DNA of 64,000 nucleotides from TPA_inf: Saccharomyces (taxonomy: Eukaryota), in contig BK006936.2 in the NCBI GenBank assembly GCA_000146045.2, positions 672,001 through 736,000 on the forward strand, written 5' to 3'. Position 1 is the stretch's first letter. Each line of letters starts with the position of its first letter. The notes beneath the pieces were generated by a model. The model saw only the letters and a list, made by a program, of their open reading frames with translations, was not told where the DNA came from and searched no databases. The translations under genes were made by a program, and so were the position numbers. Below, piece by piece: positions 1-11,090 of this stretch.

Positions 1-1329
1 TTACAAAATTATTTGCCACGAAAGGGTTCAAGAGCGAAAATAGTTTCTGACGAACAAGAAGTTATCGAATTGAATTCTTCCAATGCTTCAGAGTATATGT
101 ATGATTGCATGAATAGAAAGTTCTTTACAGATGATGCAAAAGAACGTATTTCTAGAAACAACTTCAATCAGGGAGTTGAGGAAGACCCTCTAAACGACCA
201 ATTCGCTTCAAGTAGATCTTTATCATTGCCGTCCTCGGGAGCAGATGCTGTCAAAAGGAAGAAGAGCCCTACCAAGGCTACTAAAAAATCTGGTTTCGTC
301 AACTTTTTCAAGAGAAAGCATTCTCAACTTGCATCAACTTCACATACTACAAGCCCTTCAGTTTCACCTAGCATATCTTCTTCTTCTTCTCCAAAAATTC
401 AACCACAGTCACATATCTCTAGTCCCCCTCGGACAGAGAAAGCTCCCCATGTCAAATCAGCCAACCAAGCACATCAAAATGAATGGTTGGAGAATTTTTT
501 TTGCCGGACTTTGAACAACTACAAAGAAATCGATTTACCGACCCAATTTATTTTGCCAAAGGAAGTGAAGAGGTCCTCTAATGCACAACTTCAGCCTGAA
601 GATGAACCACCTTTGTCATCACCAATATCCTCTAATTCGGATAACTCCTTTCCAAATGAAGGACTTGACAGGGCAAAAAGCGCAGCTATTTATGGTAAAG
701 AATATTTAAAATTAAGACTGCCGTTTGCATCAGACACTATACCTGCTGTAATATGCCCGTGGGTCTGGACAAGTTTAAGTTATTATAAATGGAAAGCTCT
801 ACTTAGGGAAATATACAGATCAATAATTCCTGGCGGGTACGCGCTGGCAATTGTTCCAGATTTAAGGATTTCAAACACATACTATACTGGAATTCTTGGC
901 AACGCCGATGCCGAAAAAGCAAATAATTCATCAGAAGAGTTTTTGACTACAAAAGAACGGGACAAGACATTTGATGCTATGGCTATTGATGCGATAAATA
1001 AAGGCTTACATATCCATCCTACAAAACACTTAACGAGGACATTCAAGGATGTAGGGTTTACAGGCATCAAGTCCTCGGTCCTAAGTTTGAAAACTGGTGA
1101 CTTCAAAACAGATATGGGCTTTTTGAATGAATTTAATTCTTTAGATATGTGGGACTACATGTTAAGGAGGCAACTACCAGATAGTAGTTGTCCTCCAAAG
1201 GATACCGACCCCACCACTCTTTTCAAAAGATATGTGGAAGAACACATAGGAAAAATCGATGACAACGCTGGCTGCTTTAGAACTTTGTATGTGGTGGCGC
1301 AAAAGCCAAAGCTGCCATATACCAAATAA
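1..1329 (+). CDS. YBR225W: C-terminal part of a large uncharacterised protein (5' end outside window); Ser-rich low-complexity segment
   Basis: Open frame runs from window position 1 to the stop at 1327-1329. The 'M' the track gives at 13 is a TTG, not a real start. Named by position upstream of MCX1 in the chrII gene order I remember; there is no recognisable catalytic motif. Confidence 0.55.
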
Positions 1330-1571
1330 TTGTGCCGCCGTTCCAATTTTTTTTTAAATTGTTCAAGAATTACTTCAATTTTTACTACTGGACAAAAAGC
1401 ATTATGATAAGGAGTAGTCTCCCAGTATCGTAGAACCAATTTGAAACACTTTAGCCAATATTTATTAATTTTTTTTACTTCCCATGGCATAGTACTTTGT
1501 AGGAAGATTATTTGTTCATTTACTACATTTATTACATCTATATTTATATATTCTATACCATTCATTTTTTT

Positions 1572-3134
1572 TTATGTTAAGCTTCTCTTGGGAATTGTTG
1601 GGGTATGAATGTTAGCAGAATGACCCAACTCTTTTTCTAGCATAACTCCTAATTTTTTATCTTCTTCAGAAACGTCACGAATTAAACTGTCCTTTTCATC
1701 ACCAGAATAGTATTTTACGTCCACTTGGGAAGCCAAAGAGTGCTCTGTTTCCTGTAACGAGTCGACAGTAGCTTCGTCGATTAAAACGTATGCTATGTTA
1801 GAACCCGGGCAATCATAATTAACGTTTAGCAGAAGTCTTTCCATTATCCCTCTCAACCCTCTGGCGCCAGTTCCTTCCTTGAGAGCAAATTGAGCAACTT
1901 TCTTTAGCGCCTTTTGTGTAACACACAATCTTACCCCAAATTGCTTAAAAATATATTCATATTGATCCAATAAGGCATTTTTAGGTTCTTTTAATATATG
2001 AAATAAATCGTCTCTTTGTAGAGGCTGCAGAGCAGTTATAATTGGGACTCTGCCAATTAATTCAGGAATTAGACCAAAGCTAACTAAATCTGTGGGGGTG
2101 GTCAAGTCTAAAGCACACACTTTTTTTCCGTTATCTAATTCAACCTGCTCAAGCGTATTGCTAAATCTGAACTTCTTCGCTCTTTCTTTTTCAACTTCTT
2201 TACTATTCGATGATTCAACAGACTCTCCTGCCTTCTGTATTTTCTTCATATCTTCTATCCTTTTAACAATATGCTTATCTAAACCAACAAAAGCTCCCAT
2301 AATCATGAAAAGAATATTTGAAGTGTCTACAACAAATACTTCGTCCTTCTTTGTTGTAGTTTGATTTTTTTGTCCGTCAATATCATGCTTAACAGGCCTT
2401 TTAACGGTAATTTCCACTTTATGGCCCTCAATGATTTTCAATAATGACTGTTGAACCCCTTCTCCGGACACGTCTTTAGTGCCAATGCTTGCGGCAGGCT
2501 TGGCTAGTTTATCAATCTCATCAAGAACAATAATACCTTTTTCTGCTCTCGCAACATCAAATTCAGCATTTACGAGCAATCTTTCAATGCATACTTCAAC
2601 ATCTTCACCTATGTAACCTGCTTGAGTCAATTGTGTACAATCTGTAATTGCAATTGGAACGTTTAATATTTTCGCCAATGTTGTTGCCAACAAAGTCTTA
2701 CCAGAACCTGAGGGACCAACGACAAGGACATTACTTTTGCTTAACTCTAAATCTTCGTCAACCTCTCTACCTGCTAAATTAAACTGTCTTTGAAGATTCC
2801 TCCAACCAGCCTTTGATTCGCTGTTTCCACTGAAAATTGGTTCATCCCTATCATCCGCGATTTTCTCTCGTTCCATCAATTCTCTCTGCCTTTGTAATTC
2901 CCCTTTCTTTTGCTTGTCATTGATTCTTAAATAGTGATTATAAACTGCCACGCTTAAAACCTTCTTACCAATCTCTTGACCAACAATGTACTCATCGAGG
3001 AATTTCTTCAATGCTTTTGGAGTGGGTATATTCGATAAACGAGACTGTGCCAGTTTCCCTGATGCTGTAGCAGCATATCGACCAATTCTACTAGAATAAG
3101 CTCTAAAAAAGTTTTGGCTTGCAGATTTCAACAT
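1572..3134 (-). CDS. MCX1: Mitochondrial ClpX-like AAA+ ATPase/unfoldase
   Basis: 520 aa. Walker A motif GPSGSGKT; ClpX-type sensor and C-terminal domain; mitochondrial presequence-like N-terminus. ATG confirmed at 3134-3132 on the minus strand. Confidence 0.9.
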   Translation of the reverse strand: MLKSASQNFFRAYSSRIGRYAATASGKLAQSRLSNIPTPKALKKFLDEYIVGQEIGKKVLSVAVYNHYLRINDKQKKGELQRQRELMEREKIADDRDEPIFSGNSESKAGWRNLQRQFNLAGREVDEDLELSKSNVLVVGPSGSGKTLLATTLAKILNVPIAITDCTQLTQAGYIGEDVEVCIERLLVNAEFDVARAEKGIIVLDEIDKLAKPAASIGTKDVSGEGVQQSLLKIIEGHKVEITVKRPVKHDIDGQKNQTTTKKDEVFVVDTSNILFMIMGAFVGLDKHIVKRIEDMKKIQKAGESVESSNSKEVEKERAKKFRFSNTLEQVELDNGKKVCALDLTTPTDLVSFGLIPELIGRVPIITALQPLQRDDLFHILKEPKNALLDQYEYIFKQFGVRLCVTQKALKKVAQFALKEGTGARGLRGIMERLLLNVNYDCPGSNIAYVLIDEATVDSLQETEHSLASQVDVKYYSGDEKDSLIRDVSEEDKKLGVMLEKELGHSANIHTPTIPKRSLT

Positions 3135-3294
3135 GAGTGTGAAATGTAATTAGAGTGCCTTGTCTTCTATGGTTTTGTTTGATGAGCCGTTTGCTTTTCT
3201 TTTTAATTTTAATATATACCACTGATGACTTATTCCCTTCTATCATCGAAAAAATATTGTCAAATTAATGTTCTCTTTTTTCAAAAAATATTAA

Positions 3295-4227
<933 letters not shown>

Positions 4228-4356
4228 GGCCTGACACAATTTTCGGTTCTTTTTTTTCTATAGATAATGGTTATATGTTATATTTACGGATATTTTTACG
4301 TTTACTTTGTAAGAAAGAGCTAAAAAGATGTAAAGATATCACTTCGTTTTTTTCCC

Positions 4357-7221
4357 TCAAAAAATAACTTCCCAATCTTCAGTTATGTCAAGCGATAGGT
4401 TAAGAATGGTGATCTTATTATCATTCTCATATGACGATCTAGTCGGCAATGAACTTTCTTCGCCATTTTTTTTGACTTTAATACTGTCTTTCAACGTTAT
4501 GTTGTGTTGTAAATTATTCTTTGCGATAATGATTTTTTCAATATTGGTATTCCTCAAAGTATTGTGGTGAATGCCTGTCAAATTCTCGGGAATATGACTT
4601 CGAACATTTTTTAAGGTATTGTTTTCGAAAATGAACTGAGTTTCTACGTACTCACCTCTTTGGTAGCCAAAAGTTTCTCCATCATCAACATAAAGATCTC
4701 CAACGGCTCGTCCCTCGGTATCAGGGGCTATAACTATTACATATGGATCGTTTTTCATTAACATTGAAGATCTTCTATACTTATCTTTCATAGTGATAAT
4801 GTGACCGCCTTCAATAAATAATGGAATTTTATCCAATGGTGCAGAAATATTCTTTTCTATCAAATCAGTACCATTGTTTATAAAAGAGTGTAAAGATGCG
4901 AATTCATAGAATATACCGGGTGGGAAAACCATTTCCGTTTCTGATTGACCAGGCTCCGTGACAGGTTTGACTAATAGACCTGAATTACTCCAGTAAAATT
5001 GGTTATCGATATGATACAATTCAGCAAATTCAGGGTGTTCAATAAACATTGGATTCATTATCGGAAATCCAGTGACACTTGATTTATGAAACATGGTGTA
5101 TAAGGTAGGTAGCAGGAAATATCTCAATTGGATAATATCACGTACTATCGACTTCAAAGGTTCATTGAATAAGTATGGTTCTCTTCTCTTGGTGTCTATA
5201 TGGGCGTGTGCTCTAAAAAATGGGTACCATAAGCCCGCTTGGTACCAACGTGCAATCAATTCAGGTGTAGGATCCTCAGCAAAGCCAGCTATGTCGGCTC
5301 CTATAAATGGCATACCAGCAATGTTGTTTGACAGAACCATAGGAATGGAAATCTTTAAGTAATCCCAATTGGCCACATTGTCACCAGTCCATGTGGCAGC
5401 AGTACGTTGAGAGCCGGCAAAAAAAGCCCTTGTTAGAAGGAAAGGACGCTTATCGGATGGTGAATAAATCGATTTTATTGCGTCGTAAGTAGCTTCATGC
5501 ACTGATAGACCATATATGTTATGGACGGATCTTTCCTCAATGTAATTGTCGTGAATCAAATCTTTTGGAGCTGTGGTCTCTGGGCCATCGAAAATCGAAG
5601 GCTCGTTCATATCATTCCAAATGAATAAATTAGTTAAATCAGCCGGCAGATCCATAAACCGTTCGAAAAAGGACTTCCAAATCTTTTGGCCATATTTGCT
5701 TATGGTATCAATCCATATAGAATTACCTGGCCAGCAATGACCTACATAGTCATTTCCATTGTGATCCTTGACTGCTACATTTTCATTAATTACCCTGTCA
5801 CTGATTTCATAATCTTTCTTTAAATGAGGATCGATTAGTACGACAAGATTTCTACCCAACTTTTTTAATTTGGATAACAGCCTTTTTGGATTGGGAAAGG
5901 AGTGCTGCTTCCAAGTAAAATATTTTTTGTCGTTCGTATACTCCAAGTCCAACCAAATAAAATCGTAAGGAATCATATGAGCATCCATCTGAGAGTCCAC
6001 TGTGAGAACGTCCATCTCATCATTATAATTCCATCTACATTGATGGTACCCTATAGAGGAAATGGGCGGTAAAAAGGGTCTACCAGTCAAATCGGTAAAT
6101 TTGTCAATGATAGTTGGAATATCTGGCCCCAGGGACATGACTACATCTATGACACCATTTTCGGAGATCCAATGAGTCATCGTTTTATTTTTACTGGTGT
6201 CATACTTTATGTCTACCCAAGTGTCAGCTGCATTGACCCAAAAGATAGATGTGGACGAAGATGAAAACATGAATGGGATCGAACCGTACATTGGTTGGCT
6301 GGTACCGATGTTGTACTCAAAGACATCAACGTTGAAAAGCCTGTAGGGTTCCTTTCCACCTGAAGTGTCCATCAGCCTTAGCGACGTCGCATGTTCCGGT
6401 ATACCGTAGACATTAGTAGAACCCATGAAAGAGAAATCTAGCGCAACCGATTCAGGCCCCAAAGGCATAGAGTCATGCTTTGAATACAAGAAATTGTCCT
6501 TAAACATGTTGAAAGTTGTTTCTTCTGGCAGCACGTGTGCGAAGTTTTCCTGCTTAGTTCTATGATGTTCAATGTTCAGGAAATTTTGCTCGTTTACAAT
6601 AAGTTTCAGCGCATTTTGCCAGTAAACTTTCAATTGAAAAGGTTCAGCAAAGATTTCTACGGATACATCACCGTTTCGAAGATGAAATGTGTCTGCAGTG
6701 GAGTTTGAAAGTGACAAAAATGAAGATATTTTCGACCAGAATGAGTTCACAGTTTGTTTTTGCTTAAGGAAGTGGAATTGTGGAATACTGGTCCTGTTCG
6801 CCTCCTCTTGAAATTTCTTGTCGAATGCGTACTTCCAGGTCTCATTGAACCGTTGTGAAGAGATCAACAAACCGCTGCTGTTGGTTGGCATTCTCTCTTT
6901 CTCATTTATAGTGAACCTTACTGAGTGATCCTGTAAAAAAGAGAGAGAGAATGGGAACTGAACGGCTATATCATCGCCCTCCAATCTTGGTATAGTTTTA
7001 ATTATGGTAGCATGAAGCACATTCTCTAAAGGATCGTGTGCAATAGACTCGGCGTCCACTTTGTAATAGCAGTGATGAGATTTGGCAATATTTTCTGCAT
7101 AAACCCTGTTTCTATGGCAAAACCCAGATTGCGCACACTTCTTTAATAGATAGTCGGTAAACGCATGCGAAAAAGCGGTAAAGAAGACCAATTGGCATAC
7201 GAGCCATTTCAAAAGGACCAT
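4357..7221 (-). CDS. ROT2: Glucosidase II catalytic (alpha) subunit, glycoside hydrolase family 31
   Basis: 954 aa. N-terminal signal peptide. GH31 catalytic signature WNDMNEP present. ATG at 7221-7219 on the minus strand. Confidence 0.92.
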   Translation of the reverse strand: MVLLKWLVCQLVFFTAFSHAFTDYLLKKCAQSGFCHRNRVYAENIAKSHHCYYKVDAESIAHDPLENVLHATIIKTIPRLEGDDIAVQFPFSLSFLQDHSVRFTINEKERMPTNSSGLLISSQRFNETWKYAFDKKFQEEANRTSIPQFHFLKQKQTVNSFWSKISSFLSLSNSTADTFHLRNGDVSVEIFAEPFQLKVYWQNALKLIVNEQNFLNIEHHRTKQENFAHVLPEETTFNMFKDNFLYSKHDSMPLGPESVALDFSFMGSTNVYGIPEHATSLRLMDTSGGKEPYRLFNVDVFEYNIGTSQPMYGSIPFMFSSSSTSIFWVNAADTWVDIKYDTSKNKTMTHWISENGVIDVVMSLGPDIPTIIDKFTDLTGRPFLPPISSIGYHQCRWNYNDEMDVLTVDSQMDAHMIPYDFIWLDLEYTNDKKYFTWKQHSFPNPKRLLSKLKKLGRNLVVLIDPHLKKDYEISDRVINENVAVKDHNGNDYVGHCWPGNSIWIDTISKYGQKIWKSFFERFMDLPADLTNLFIWNDMNEPSIFDGPETTAPKDLIHDNYIEERSVHNIYGLSVHEATYDAIKSIYSPSDKRPFLLTRAFFAGSQRTAATWTGDNVANWDYLKISIPMVLSNNIAGMPFIGADIAGFAEDPTPELIARWYQAGLWYPFFRAHAHIDTKRREPYLFNEPLKSIVRDIIQLRYFLLPTLYTMFHKSSVTGFPIMNPMFIEHPEFAELYHIDNQFYWSNSGLLVKPVTEPGQSETEMVFPPGIFYEFASLHSFINNGTDLIEKNISAPLDKIPLFIEGGHIITMKDKYRRSSMLMKNDPYVIVIAPDTEGRAVGDLYVDDGETFGYQRGEYVETQFIFENNTLKNVRSHIPENLTGIHHNTLRNTNIEKIIIAKNNLQHNITLKDSIKVKKNGEESSLPTRSSYENDNKITILNLSLDITEDWEVIF

Positions 7222-7500
7222 GTTGCATACGGTTGATTCGAGACCGCTATTTTAAGATACGCAGAGCAATCAAATAACTCCAAGCAACATGTTCATTGAG
7301 TTATAGCTCTCAAGTGCCGTAGTGAGAAAATGTCGTGGTCCGGGTAAAACAAATTAAGGGTACTTGAAATGAAAAAAGAATGATAGTAGACAGAAAAGCT
7401 ATTATATTATAGAAACTTATCACTTGACCGATGAAGAGGAAAGCACGTTTCCTTACAAATAAATCAGCAGTAATAGTTATAAAAATATATGTATATAAAG

Positions 7501-7523
7501 TGTGTGAGTGTGTGAGTGTGTGA
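7501..7523. repeat. (TGTGTGAG)n-like short tandem repeat
   Basis: tgtgtgagtgtgtgagtgtgtga read directly, about 280 bp upstream of the ROT2 ATG and just 3' of OM14. Confidence 0.85.
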
Positions 7524-7548
7524 AAGGATGTTATTAAATAGTATGTTA

Positions 7549-8050
7549 TTATTTCTTGTCGTATCTGGAGTAGTATTTCTTTGAAATTATACCGTCCAGC
7601 GTCAAAAGACCCAGAGCGCCGGCGGTTGTTGCTAAGACTGTAGAGTTAGGTTTCCCCTTCAAGAATCTGGCGTTGTGGTTCGCATACCCGTTACATAAAT
7701 AACATACCACTGAAGAATGCAGCAACAAGTTGACCAAGACAACGGGATTCTGAAGTTCTAAAAAGCATACTTTGGCAAAGTCTTGCGTCTTACTGACAAA
7801 AGCTTGGAGGTAGCCGCAAGCGACTGCTGATGCACTATTTAACCGTGCCTTCAGATATTCGATAGCGCATTCCTTCTTATTGTTGTGGTGGTGACCGTCT
7901 TCAGAGTCAGAATTTGGGCTAGCGTTACTGTCGTGTTTAGCACTGGGGAAAAGAAAGATGGTCATAGATGATATACGTTAGTCAAAAGAGAACCGGGAGA
8001 AAAGATTAGGCGATACGTTTCAGATATTAGTGTACATACGTTGCAGACAT
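7549..8050 (-). CDS. OM14: Mitochondrial outer-membrane protein of 14 kDa; two-exon gene with an 11-nt first exon
   Basis: Exon 1 is 8050..8040 (ATGTCTGCAAC) and exon 2 is 7942..7549; joined length 405 nt gives 134 aa (MSAT|AKHDSNASPNS...). The track's 138-aa ORF starts at a spurious in-frame Met inside the intron/exon-2 boundary region. Confidence 0.8.
7943..8039 (-). other. OM14: Spliceosomal intron of OM14 (97 nt)
   Basis: Minus-strand 5' splice site GTATGT at 8039-8034. Branch-like GACTAAC near 7984-7978. Polypyrimidine tract TTTCTTTTCCCCAG with acceptor AG at 7944-7943. Confidence 0.75.
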
Positions 8051-8206
8051 ATTATGAGATGCTGGAGGTAGATGTTATGTTTCTAATTGTTGGAATAGGG
8101 TTACGTCGGCGGTTTCGGTTGAAGTGGGCACATTGATCGACACTTTATATACGCAGGGACGATTAACGGGAGAGGAGGTAGCGGCGGCGTCATTGGCCGC
8201 TGGCCC

Positions 8207-8230
8207 GGGGTAGTAGGGCAGGGAAAGGGG
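8207..8230 (+). other. Canonical G-quadruplex-forming motif (G3+ N1-7)x4
   Basis: GGGG tagta GGG ca GGG aaa GGGG read directly, inside a GA-rich block in the OM14 / YBR230W-A divergent intergenic region. Confidence 0.6.
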
Positions 8231-8361
8231 ACGGTGAAAAAATAAAACGTAAGTGGGACAGCAGAGATTTGAGGAGTTGAGGCAAGAACAGAGGAGAGAA
8301 CGAGAAAGCGGATAAGCAACAAAGGAAAAGGAAACAAGTAAAAAAAAAAAAAGAGACTAGC

Positions 8362-8562
8362 ATGAGAAACGAATTATACCAGTTATGGTGTGTGGCGAGT
8401 GCAGCAAGAGGGGTAGCCAAGAGCTCATTCGTAAGGGCCAATTCGGCCATGTGTGAGTACGTGCGCACGTCCAACGTCTTGAGTCGCTGGACTCGGGACA
8501 GGCAATGGGAAGCAGCTAAGGCCCTATCACAACGGGTCAAGAAAGAGTATGCCGCCAATTAG
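8362..8562 (+). CDS. YBR230W-A: Small 66-aa ORF of unknown function, candidate for the SGD small ORF in this interval
   Basis: Genuine ATG at 8362 and a 66-aa frame. Position and length match my memory of a small annotated ORF between OM14 and SWC5. No domain evidence; a longer low-complexity antisense ORF (8190..8558) overlaps it completely. Confidence 0.4.
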   Translation: MRNELYQLWCVASAARGVAKSSFVRANSAMCEYVRTSNVLSRWTRDRQWEAAKALSQRVKKEYAAN

Positions 8563-10178
8563 TGCACACACATACATATATTTTATATACTTACATATTT
8601 GGTTGCGTGGTATATAGAATCTCTCCTTTCGCTTCATGAATGAACTCATTCATGCGAAGTCAAAGGAAAAAAAAAATAAAAAAATAAAAGAGCGAACGGG
8701 AAGACGAGAGAAACATCAAGCGACCAAAGTAAAAGTCAAGAACGACTCCACAAGTGCGAGGGTCGCGACGTCTCTAACTTTAAAAACAGGCGTCAACCAT
8801 CAAGTCCGTTTCTTGATGCCGCCGGCATTCTTCAAATCCCTCCAAAAAAAACGCCTCTATGACATAGGCGGTTAATAAAACTGGCCTTGAAACAACAGAT
8901 GCAGTCATGGCTCTTCTCTTTTCCCAGCAAACGCCTTCCATTGCCTCCTTTTTTTCTCTTCCAGAACTCTCTCAGCAGTATTCTCACAAACACATCTCCT
9001 CCCCTTTAGCAAACCTCCATTTATATCCTGCGAGAAGAGCTCCTTCTCCTCAATGAGAAAATAAGCACAAAATAAACTGGGAAAAAAAATATAGTAAAAG
9101 ACGCCAGCACGTTAACAATGGAACACTCTTATTGTAGACCAACCCCACCCTACACCCCCTCAAACCGAGGACACTTCAAAAGGAAAATCAACAACTTTGG
9201 CCGATACTTGGGGGATAAGCAAGCTTATCCTATTACATCAAAAAAAGAATCGTAAGACACCTTTCCTTGCAAACCAAAAATCATAACAAAGTCGAAAAAC
9301 TTCCTCTTGCAGCGCCACCAGAAAAAGAAGACGAGCGAAGAAATCAACAATAAGAGCGCCCCATCCGCACTAGCACCCCATACCATAAATATTATCTCCC
9401 AACCTACTATAGCACCATTTCTTCCCATCGATAAAGAAAAACCAAATCCCGCGTTGGACATAAACGGCTCGGAAAGACAGGGAAGAGTATGAAGCAAAAA
9501 GCCAAACTAAGGGAGAAACAGAAAGCTAAAAAAAAGAAAATAGAAAACAACCAGAAGAAAACAAAAACAATAACCTTGAGCAACCGTCGTCTCAAAAACC
9601 AATTTCGAAAAACCATCATAAAAACGCCTTATGAAGAAACCATGAGCGAAGAAAAATAGCAGCAAAAAGTAGTGAGACCTGACATTAGCGGAAAACAACT
9701 TGCTTAAAAAGTCTCTTCCCGTCCATTTTATTATTTTGGGTGCCAAAAAATGTGTATTGTAACAAATTAAAAGGTAATGAGCCTCATTGAGGTCATTTCA
9801 GTTGTTACACTGAAAAGAACAGATACTACACTTGATCTAAGCCAAAAGGCAAAGAGATTCGTGGGGATTTAAAAAAAAAACAAGTAGAAACAAAATGAAT
9901 AAATCTGATAACAAGTAAAGTACTCATCGATGAAAAAATGAATGTAGAGCCCTTTTTATATGTTTTCACCGAGTGGCCCATCGGAAACGGCAAAAAAAAA
10001 AAAAGAAAGAAAAAAGAAAAGAAACATAGAGCGTTGCTAGGTTTTTTTTGCCACCCACACCCATACACCCCATTACTTTGTCTGCAGCATCGTTATACAC
10101 GTAGTGAAAGTGTGCAGGCCTCGGCGGTTAAAAAAATTTGAGCAGAAAAGCATGTTATTTAATACATGTAATATTTGT

Positions 10179-11090
10179 CTATGAAGCTTCGCTATCCTGC
10201 TGCAACTGCTGAGCAAGTTGTTGCCGGCGCAATTCTTTGTATCTCTCGTCCTCTGCAGACCCGACCCGCTGCAGAAATTCTTGCCGGGCCAAGAACCCAT
10301 CCTTGTTGTGCAGCACCAATTCGTCGTTAAGTCCAGCACGGTCTACATAACTAGCCCAGTCCAGCTGAGATTTTTCTAATGTCGTTAGCTTGGGTCGTAG
10401 CCCGCCAGAAATGATCTGCTCCAACAATGGAGGCCTTTTCAGTGGCCGTCGCAAGTGTTGCCGGCTTTCATTGGACTTGGTCCTAACTGCTTTTTCCAGT
10501 TGAACAGGAGCAGCAGGCGCCTGCTGCTTAAATTTCAAACTGTTTAGATATTCTTGACCCTCCGCACTGCTGCGTGAAACCCATTTTTTCTCATGGACAG
10601 TTTCACCAGCAAACTTGTAGTTTCTTTCGATGAGGATTTTGTCCTCCTGTTGCGCGGCCGTTGTCGACCTAGCCTCCTTGGAACCGTCGAGAACAGAGCC
10701 GACTTTCCCTGAACTGCTCAAAAGACGGTTCTTACTAGCTTCCTGTAGCTCCTCCCAGATGCTGTTTACTTTTGCAGGGATCGATTCAACAGTTAACGAT
10801 TCATACTTATGTGTTTTCGCATATTCTTCCTCAGCTTGCCGAGCTCTTCTAGTCTTGATCAGTCCGCCGCTCTCGCTCTCTATACGCGAATAGTCCACTT
10901 TATTTCTACCCTTATCTCTGTTCACACCGTCATCATAGTCGTCACCGCCATCGCTGGCATCACTATCGTCGCTACCACCACCTAATTTATCTTTTTCAGG
11001 CTGGAAGTCCTCGTCCTCCTCTTCTATGTAGCCGTCCTCGTCCTCGTCCTCCTTTTCGTTTGGTATAATCTTTGTCTCTACTTCTGGCAT
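10179..11090 (-). CDS. SWC5: SWR1-complex subunit with acidic N-terminus and BCNT-C domain
   Basis: 303 aa. Poly-acidic N-terminus (EDEDEDGYIEEEDED, DDSDASDGGDDYDD). Conserved C-terminal BCNT region. ATG at 11090-11088 on the minus strand. Confidence 0.85.
   Translation of the reverse strand: MPEVETKIIPNEKEDEDEDGYIEEEDEDFQPEKDKLGGGSDDSDASDGGDDYDDGVNRDKGRNKVDYSRIESESGGLIKTRRARQAEEEYAKTHKYESLTVESIPAKVNSIWEELQEASKNRLLSSSGKVGSVLDGSKEARSTTAAQQEDKILIERNYKFAGETVHEKKWVSRSSAEGQEYLNSLKFKQQAPAAPVQLEKAVRTKSNESRQHLRRPLKRPPLLEQIISGGLRPKLTTLEKSQLDWASYVDRAGLNDELVLHNKDGFLARQEFLQRVGSAEDERYKELRRQQLAQQLQQDSEAS

Noticed and set aside
13-1329. ORF-track start codons labelled M (e.g. at 13, 12947, 25359, 27946, 54851)
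   Set aside because: Direct reading shows these are TTG or GTG codons, i.e. the track accepts alternative starts. For nuclear yeast genes I moved starts to the first in-frame ATG (DAD3, YBR238C, ERT1), or to the upstream exon (RCF3), or treated the frame as a truncated gene (YBR225W).
1155-1565. 136-aa minus-strand ORF overlapping the 3' end of YBR225W (corresponds to the dubious ORF I recall as YBR226C)
   Set aside because: It lies antisense to a well-supported long ORF, has odd composition, and I know of no conservation for it. I treat it as a non-coding overlap, not a feature.
8101-8558. Overlapping minus-strand ORFs (78 and 122 aa) covering the GA-rich block and all of YBR230W-A
   Set aside because: The translations are Leu/Phe/Pro/Ser low-complexity products of the polypurine/polypyrimidine DNA; I take them to be chance ORFs.
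9225-10141. Cluster of 60-90 aa ORFs on both strands in the 8.6-10.2 kb gene-free interval
   Set aside because: All are Phe/Leu/Lys homopolymer-like translations of A/T-run DNA, and each overlaps an antisense partner. They are composition artefacts, although the interval itself is flagged as a finding.
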